Below are positions 55,357 to 64,000 of a DNA stretch of 64,000 nucleotides, piece after piece. A program made the position numbers and the translations under genes. Below the pieces are notes generated by a model. It ran no database searches. It had not been told where the DNA came from and saw only the letters and a list, made by a program, of their open reading frames with translations. The stretch lies in the NCBI GenBank assembly GCA_964035545.1, contig OZ037771.1:3793628-3857627 (forward strand), written 5' to 3'. The DNA comes from Bugula neritina. Taxonomy: Eukaryota; Animalia; Bryozoa. Each line of letters starts with the position of its first letter. The first letter of the stretch is position 1.

Positions 55357-57944
55357 CAGTAGTAGCAGCAGTAGCAGTGGAAGTATTCGTATCAATAGCA
55401 GCAATAGGGACATGCTGGTAGGGGGTCACAGTTCAATGGTAACAATTCAAACATCAACAGCTGATAGAGAAATCATTATGCAAAGTTGCCAATAGTCTTG
55501 GGTCAGTTATAGTATTAAAATAGGTCAACACAATGCCAATATTCTTTTAATGATAAATTTAATTTAAATGCTCATCTAAGATTCCATTAGTAATAAATAA
55601 TGCATATGGCTATCGATAATGATTTATAGATTTGGCCGAAAGCCACTGCAACCACCAAGAGAAATTCTGCCCCATTTTCTGGTATGTGATTTATGTCCAC
55701 TTGTAAACCATCCTGTGGTTGAAGATTGCATCAAATTCTTGGGTCAGCTGAGGAAAGTGAGACTACTACTGCCTTTCACTGCCTACCAGTACAACTCTTT
55801 ACAGTCAGCATGATGCCATAGTCAGCCATTTTTATTGTGTCCGAGCTGAAGTTCTCAAAGTACGATCTATGACACCTCATTATACATTTATATCCAATGA
55901 ATTGACGCAAATGTCTTCCTGTCCAATAGGAGCCTGCTGCAACTTTTTTTAATCAAGCAATGCTTGATCCTAACGTATCGCAACGCCGTACAGGAAGCTC
56001 GGACATTTGTAAAAATGGCTGACATTTTACGTTAAGGCCTACAGTACGGCAAAGTGTGTCTAGGGGGTTAGAGTTTAGTTTATAACAGCAACTGTGAACC
56101 TTAGCAAAATTTGTATTTTTGGAATGAGTGACACAGTCTAAGTCCAAATATAACACAAATAAAAAAGAGATGAGGTTTGGGGTTATATATCCTTACATAT
56201 CTGTTTACTCATATGGCAGATGATATAAAATTAGGCAGATTGAACTTATAAACTTATATATGGCAGGTATGTTTCAGATTGTTTTATGCTAGTGCATTAA
56301 TTTGTAAGATTCAGCTTGCACAATTTACATAATACAATAGTGATGTATAAACAATGAGCTGTGTGCATCAAACACTATTACCTGTAATGAAGTCACCAGG
56401 TTTGTTGAGATGATGGGCTCCATTCACACTCACCCAGCTCTTAGCAAAGACAGTCGACTTTTCTAACTCATATATTCCTTCATTCACATACCTAACAGGG
56501 TACAAGTGTGAAGGTAAAGAGCACTTTACAAAATGCAAATTGCACCTTAAATCCTTGAATATTATTCTATACAATGCAATCACATAGTATAAACATGTAA
56601 TTGGTGTTATATAGTCAAAGCGCTTTAAAAAGTACAATTATTGAAAAATAAGATGGGCAAAGATTTGCCAATTCATTTAAAATATTTTTTGGCATAGGAG
56701 GGGAGTTGGTCTAAAAAAAGCAACAAATTCCAGCACTAAGTCATAAATTATACATCAGCTGACAAAAACTTATAAATAACCTGATGTCAGTAAAGCCAAC
56801 ATTGACATTCTGTCAAAAACTAGAGCTATCTATGCTATGTGCTACTATAGTGTAGCTTTATTTCTTAAGTCGGATTTATCTCTCTTGGTTCAGAGTATGT
56901 TTAAACAAACTTATTTTGAAAACCACAATCAAGCATTGTAGATATCAGACACCTAAACAACCATTTAACAAAATTCTACAATCTACAGCAAACCTTGCTG
57001 TAGTATATATTGTTTACAATCAGCTGGGTGACCTAGGCACTATAACCAGATAATTTAATTCAGCATTTCTTCAACTATTATGTTACAAAACATAACAAAA
57101 TAACTCTCCATGCATGTCGTACAACCTTTTAGATTTATAACGCAACTTATTTAAACTACCCAAATTATTGATAGTAATTGGTTTTTAGATTATATTACAG
57201 GCACATTAATTTGTGTTTTCCAACACTGGAAGGAAACAAACTTTAGCTCTGACAAATCGACTATGAAAGAGACTAGGACACATGTATGCAGATTTCCTGT
57301 AGCGTTTCATAGCATTAACCTTGACCTAAATGCTAAGTTAGAAACATAAGAGCTTTGCACCAGATAGTCTGATATATTTCAATATTCACTATAATGCAGA
57401 ATTGAAAGGCTGCAAATTAAATCTGTCTGGTATGGGTGATTTTAGGTAAAAATGGCACTGGTAATAAGGGCACAAATGGAAAAATAGGAAAAAATGGTAC
57501 ACTGTTGTTAAATGTTTCCAAACCCCAAACTCAAACACTCAATCCCACCCTAAAACCTAATATTGAAAATGTGCCATTTTTACCTACTTTGCCGTTTGTG
57601 CCATTATTACTTGTGCCATTTTTGCCGGGCAACGGGTGGCAAGGTAATGAGGTGTAACCTGTGAACAAAAGCAGATGAATTTCAAAATTATATTCATATT
57701 GATTTACAAAACCTTCATCTCCACATTTATTTTCTTTTACTTTTAGTGAATGGGTTGAAAAAATTTGGGAGACCTGACTCAAACTTAGCACTAACCATGA
57801 GCCGGGAGGTGTTCTGGCAACATTAACTCCGCAATCGCTGTCGAATCTTGCTATCTCATTGGCTAAAGTAGACAGCGAAGATAACTTAGTCCAAGAAAAA
57901 GCCGTCTGCTGCAGCAGCAGTGTCCTCACTGAGGCTAAACTCAT
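51384..57944 (-). CDS. CMO: Choline-monooxygenase-like Rieske non-heme iron oxygenase alpha subunit, 8 exons, 395 aa
   Basis: Exons 57944-57796, 56491-56382, 55017-54907, 54335-54234, 53727-53528, 53130-52923, 52157-52013, 51546-51384 (1188 nt). ARTPPGSWY, Rieske NICRHHG...FVCPYHAWKY, mononuclear Fe site NWKVVIDNYLDGGYHVPVCH...QEED, IYPNLFINRYG, GRYSPRLE...FH. Family assignment is firm; the substrate is inferred. Confidence 0.88.
55081..55380. repeat. (AGT/AGC)n trinucleotide microsatellite, CMO intron 2
   Basis: Directly visible; it explains the four overlapping homopolymer ORFs in the ORF track. Confidence 0.97.
57445..57626. mobile_element. Foldback MITE-like element with ~57-bp internally repetitive inverted arms
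   Basis: Left arm GGTAAAAATGGCACTGGTAATAAGGGCACAAATGGAAAAATAGGAAAAAATGGTACA is the near reverse complement of TGTGCCATTTTTACCTACTTTGCCGTTTGTGCCATTATTACTTGTGCCATTTTTGCC. The spacer carries ACCCTAA-like motifs. Confidence 0.75.
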
Positions 57945-60900
57945 TGTAGCTACTACGCCGGTAGCAGCCTACTTTCAGTCTCAGCGTTTGCCGCCGCTGT
58001 TAGCTGGTCCGCGTCTGGTGAGCCGACTTCAACAATTTAGTTGAAGTTAACTGCAATCTCTGCTAACAGCCTAGCACAGTTTATTCAGCCCTGGAAATAG
58101 CACAACCTTTGTACTCATCTGTACATGATAATCGCAGACAATGCGAGTATTTACACGGAGTGATGTGAAGATACATTATGACAATTGACCAATAAAAGCT
58201 TTGCTACAAAAAGATAACACTAGCATAAGGCACACGGCACGTTAATGCATAGTGACTGTCCAGTACGCGCATTGTAGTGTGCTCATGTAATCTAATACGC
58301 AGTGTAATCAAGATAACAAACCACGAGGTCAGTTTATTACTAGCAGTCGGAGCTGTAAGTTCTAAGTAGTAGAATGGTTGATATGCGGGTAGCAGCAGAT
58401 TTATGATAAAACAGTTTTTCTATCACTTTTTTATTATAAAATTCAGAACCACCTGCTCTAACCTGTCAGATATAGAAAATATTAGAAAATCACTTTTGCA
58501 GCATTATTATAAATACAATTATGTGCTGTGTCCATAATTTCACTTGGAGCTATAGTATCATTGTGGCCATTTACTATACACAAGTATACCACAATATGTA
58601 CATGAATTTATGTAATACATATTGCATTGAGTATTGTTGCATACCTAATAATGTATATATATGTTGATTGCAACCTGGTCAAAATCTTTCGATCTCAAAA
58701 TAGCGGTCAAAAAAGTCAAATGCATCATGGGAAATTTAAACAGTCCCACCCACATGGTTTAGACTTAACACCATCTTTTGGGACAGACAAGCTCAAGATT
58801 TTTAATATATGTGAACTTGGGCTACAATTTGAGTGATTACAAAAAACTATCCACAGACATTCTCATTTACCCCTATAGAAAAAGTTTAGCAGTTGAAAGA
58901 GACAACTAGGTAACCTTTGAACTCTGAGCAAACAGTATATACAAACAAAGCTGATGCAACTTGTATAAGTCATCTAGTAGCCTAGTACTAGTCTGTTCTT
59001 TTTCTCTAAGAGATGTTGTCCTGGTTTTATATTTTAATTTTTTATTGCTAACTGCCGTTTGTTCCTAAAGCCAGATGTCTGCAATCATAACTCAAGAATT
59101 GAGCCGAATGACGAATTTTGAACATTTAATTCGCCCTATTGATTAAAAGTGGCCCGCCACCCAAAAAGGACAACGTGGAGAAAGGTGAGAATAGGTGAGA
59201 GGAAACTGACTAAAAGTGGAGACTGAAGCTGTTTATTTTTACACATTTATGGCAGCTTTTAGAACATTGCAAGTTTTATGGATTTTACTACTCCGCAGCA
59301 TAACAGAATACATACAGTGAACTGGAAATACAACATGTTGCTTCTATAGACAAATTATAATAAAATATGTTTTTGAAACTTCAGAATTATAAGAAATACT
59401 TTATAAAATTGATGAAATAATTTGCCTAACTTTTGATATTTTGAGGAGTTGTGTTCTCTTAAAAAGACAACTCCAACTACATTATTCAAGCCTTTAATTT
59501 TTGATAAAATAACTTAAATTGTCGTAGTATCATATTGTTTATTACACAACGTAATAAAAAATTTGGTCAACACGAAATTTAATATGCTTCTCAGCCTATA
59601 AGTGAAGGCTGGTAGGATCATATGGGGAATCAACATCTGGTGCTACAATTTATAAGGGAAATTATGTAAAACCAGCTTTCTTAAAGCATTATAGTTTATA
59701 ACATATTCATCATTTTACTTACCTATAACCTAGATATGATGCAAACCTAATGACCACCTTAATTTATAACGTAGTTTAATTCTATAGTAAAAAATACGAC
59801 TTAAGAGGTGATTATGGCAAAAAATTCTCTACAGCTGAAGTTTTTGGTTTCTCAGTTTGTCTGTATGCCGTACATGTACATGCTTAGCTCCTTATACCTG
59901 AAAAGTTAGCTTTGACTGCAGCTTAATGTTTATTGTTGGTTTAAAAGCTTTAGGTAAAAATCATTTTAAACTTAAGCAAAGAGATTTTATTGCCATACTA
60001 TAGTAAAATTAAGTGATAATTAAATATAAGATAACAACTATTTATAATTAAATTATATAAGTATCAAGTTCTAAAATTGTTATAATTTATTATAATATAA
60101 CCAGCCATGCAGCAAATTTCTTGCTTTCACCTGACAAAAGCTATATTATAGCCCTATATTAGACAGTTGATATATTGACATCATTGGCCTGATTATGAAC
60201 AGCTATATGTTTGTATCATATAATGTAAGCTATAATCACTGCATGCATATTATATAACCTGTACTTTTTTCTTTTACAGAAGAAACAATAGGAATTTTGT
60301 TCAAACTGTAGCATTTATAAAATACGTTATATGGTTGGATTTAGTGTGTCTGCAATAGCTTGTTGCATATTTTAGGCAAACCATTAATTTTATATAGATA
60401 ACATATTTTTTGTAAGCTTGTATAATATAATATTTATATTCAGTAAAACCTGAAAATTTATAATTTTTGAAAGGGTATCGTGAGTTTGAAAGTTTTATAT
60501 AATATAAAAATGGTTATAAGTCTCAATAAAGGGTATAAATCCGTAAAGATGCAAAACATAACAATTTCGTGACTTTAGCTAGAGCATGCATGGTGCAGCC
60601 GATCTAGCTAGCAATAGTTTCTAAACTCTATAACAGTGATGAGGTAAGGGTTAATCCTATTTTTGTGTACCACAGTGTTCTGAATTTTGCATGCTTTATG
60701 AATTTTATCAATGCTCCACAGCACAATGACATTGCTCAGATATTCCCTGAGGGCTGCATTATAACAAGTACTTGCCATACTTTATAGATGTTAATATAGG
60801 TAATTATATGTAACAAATATTCAATTTTGAAACAAAAATGCACAAATACTGTCTGTATATTATCAGAAGATAAAATGTTAGTAACCTTAGAGTTGTTTTC

Positions 60901-63900
60901 TCTCTGCAAAAAACGATTCATTTTAAAAACGAAAGTGAAACTACAAGTAAACGCAACCTTGACATTTACCAGCTTACTGTTAAAACATCCGCACATTTAA
61001 CTAGTTTTTATTATAACATCAAATCTTGGTTAACTCATTTTATTTGCACTTACTTTCATGCAATATACAAAAGATAATTTTTATAAATTGTTTTCAATTT
61101 ATTTTATGTTATAAATACAAATTCTGTGTTTTAAAAGCAGTAAAACAAGTTGTTGTCTTCAAAGTGCACTTCTTTTAATGATCAACAGACAATCGTGCCG
61201 CAGATCCGGTCATGAAATGAAGATGTGAAAACAGAATATTTACAGTTGGTTGCAGTGTCAAAAATTTCAAAAGTTGTGTCAACTATACATATTGTTAGTA
61301 TCTTAATGTTATGTTGTTTGATTTGAAACATTATTGAGTAATTGATTATATGTTTAAATATACAGTGAGTGGGAATTAATTTAACTTTAAATTGTTCTTA
61401 AGTTTAAACTGTTACCAAACTCAAACTGAAACAAAGTGAAAGTCGAAGTCAGTTTGAGTTTCTAAGTCTCACGATAACTGATAACTTTGTGAAGCTCAAT
61501 AATCAAAACCAGTTGCTCAACTTTAGAGTCAGTTTTTAGTTTGAAGACCAAGTATTTGCTGATTAATATAACTAAATTATTCAATGGTTATAATCAACTG
61601 ATTATGTAAATAAACTTAAAGTCATGATAATATTAATAATATTAATTGAAATGTAAATTTAAATTGACTTGGTCACTTGCAGTTACATTAGCTCTAAGTA
61701 AGTGTAACACTTAGTTACGGTTGTGGGTTACAGTGGTTCATTACTCATATTCATATTGATATTGGTAAAGTTGAACTTGATATAAAATTAAATATACCAT
61801 TGTGAAAAGTGAATTTGATTATCATTATGATATGATTATCATTTATGACTTTGAGCAGTGGACGTAAGTAACAAGTTAAACCTAATTTTAACCGATATTT
61901 AAGCTATAAGAATAGACCATGTTATTTAAATTCAAATTGTATATTCAAATTAATGGTAATACTAACACTCATACTGAGACTCATACTAATAGTTATGTTT
62001 ATGTTACAACTAAATCCTAAAGTTGATGAAAATAAAAATTTTAGTAAAACTAAAACATCATTAACTAATATAATTATATAAATAACAGTAGCAGTAGCAC
62101 TAATACCGTAATACTAATATTAATAGACTAATACGAATGCGAATAGTGACACAAATAGTCAATTTAGATTCAAGTTTGAATACTGATTTATATTATAACT
62201 TTTTAAATTGTTAAATAAAATAATCTGGTTGTAGGTATTTATTTTAAATTTATAATTATTGTAAATATGGTTAGTCTTAAATATTTTTTGTTAATACCTT
62301 TATTTGAAATTTGCCAGTAATGCTAGTAGAAACTGTAGTAGGAAAAGTACTAGATAGGTTTTTCATTTTGTGAAAGCATACTTTCATATTAAATTTTCCA
62401 ATGTGTAATAATTATTGGAAATTAAATATACTTTATTATTTATTTCAGTTATTAACTCTAGTTAGAAACTTTATGTAAAGTTGATGAAAATTTCATCTAT
62501 TGTTTGTGGATGTTAGATATATGTTTGATATTGATAAAATTTCTGACTCTGATTTAGAAAAATAAGATAGATATATGTTAAATGATCTTTCTGTAAACAT
62601 TGTGCATCATCGTAGTACACAGCAGGCTATAACACTTGTAAATTTAGGAAAATTACAAGTTTTAGTTTGTTTTTTTAATTTGTTTCCACTACATGTGGAA
62701 AGATTGCCCTTAAATTACAACAAATGTGCTTGGATTATTACAAACATTACTAGTTGCTGAATTTAAATTATGTGTATTATCAATTATGTGTAATAAGATA
62801 TGCATATGGGGTTAACTAATCTCAAACTTCACTAAATATTTCACCTTTGATACTATTTCTGTGCACAAATATACATTTCTCGTACTGGTCACTTATCATT
62901 AAGAAATCTTCTCATCTTGTGAATGTACAATGTTTTCAGTCTCACCAGTTTGTTTGTTGATCTGTTTTGTAAACAAATAGTAATTGCAATTTTTCTTGAT
63001 CTTTAAAGATAGAGCCACAATCTAATTTAAGCTTACAAACTTGATATACAAGCATGTTTCCTGTTATTAAAGCACATTTTCAATATACTACAACCAATCA
63101 ATTGGAAAGTTGGATTTCCTACCATTATTACTGCACCAGAAATTTCAGTTTTTATTAAAATTGGTTAGTTAAAGCCTTAAAGGGTCTATAGTTGAAAAGG
63201 AGAACTTTGAGTGTTTTATACATTGTTTTAGGTGTTGATGGTTGTAATATTCATACTCAAAGTATCTGTTAAATAATATTCCAATTGAAAAACACAATAT
63301 TGGATATCATAGGAATCCGTCTGGTCATTAGTAGCCTTATTCTCTAATTTATTAGTTTAGGTACCAAATTGATTCTGATCTTACCAAAATGTTTATCCAA
63401 ATGATAAAGCTGTTGTGTTCTTTTTATGCAACTGACGAGTTTTTCGTATTACAAATATTCAACTGAACTACCAAATAATTCTAATACTCTAGTTTTGCGT
63501 AGAGACCATGGTGAAAGAGGTGTAATAAATTAGGTAGCTACTATTGATGTTTATTCTATCTACTTGATAACCAAAAATGAGGTACTGTTAATATTCTTTT
63601 TGTGAATGTTTTTTGTTAACTGAAACTTGCAGTAATTTCATGCTTAGCACTACAGCATTTGTATCATACTCTTTATATTTTATATCAGGAAATGTTTTTA
63701 CTTGTTATTCAATTGTCACTCTGTGCAATGCATACAACCTGTTTCTAAAGTTATTCAAGGTATATATATCTCTCTGTCCAGTGGGTATAATTAAAGGTGT
63801 AGTTAACACTACTTGTGCATCTTCTAAGAACATAGATTTATCGCTCTATTATTCTATAGACACTGCTAAATTACATATTTATTCAACAGTACTTTGCATC

Positions 63901-64000
63901 TTGTAAGAACATTGTTTGTGTTTCTATAGCTAATTCCACCCATTTAACTAAATTATTGAGGATATGGGTGCTTCTGGAGCTAGCTAGGGTGATGTCTAAG

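Noticed and set aside
55046-55495. Four overlapping poly-Thr/Leu/Ser/Val ORFs
   Set aside because: Artefacts of the (AGT)n microsatellite within CMO intron 2.
60636-60683. GTGATGA...CTGA possible C/D snoRNA
   Set aside because: Too short, no terminal stem or C'/D' boxes, and no recognisable guide.
58000-64000. Promoter-like patches and donors (~58350, ~59185, ~61365) and short ORFs
   Set aside because: They may be non-coding first exons of a neighbouring gene, but no coding exon could be supported in the window.

Overview
AT-rich, intron-rich metazoan genomic DNA, probably a marine invertebrate (inferred, species not identifiable). I reconstructed eight multi-exon genes by hand, each with an intact spliced reading frame. 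(1) RPS3 (-) has a 5'TOP motif and three intronic box C/D snoRNAs of the U27/snR74 type (18S Am27 guides). (2-5) Four tandem, signal-peptide-bearing NON-animal heme peroxidases (peroxidase-catalase superfamily, APX/class III hybrid motifs) lie on + at 11.8-34.0 kb. They share an intron pattern, and three carry different cationic low-complexity C-terminal tails on an extra exon. (6) A Fe65/APBB adaptor (WW + 2 PTB, -) lies head-to-head with (7) histidyl-tRNA synthetase (+), which contains a candidate alternative exon encoding a mitochondrial presequence. (8) A choline-monooxygenase-like Rieske oxygenase lies on -. Also present are an intact Penelope-type minimal hammerhead ribozyme plus a decayed copy, four copies of a tRNA-derived SINE, a hAT MITE, a foldback MITE, a tRNA-like insertion and many tandem repeats, some of which amplify splice sites. 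The peroxidase array with modular Arg/Pro-rich tails is the most promising candidate for an undescribed system.
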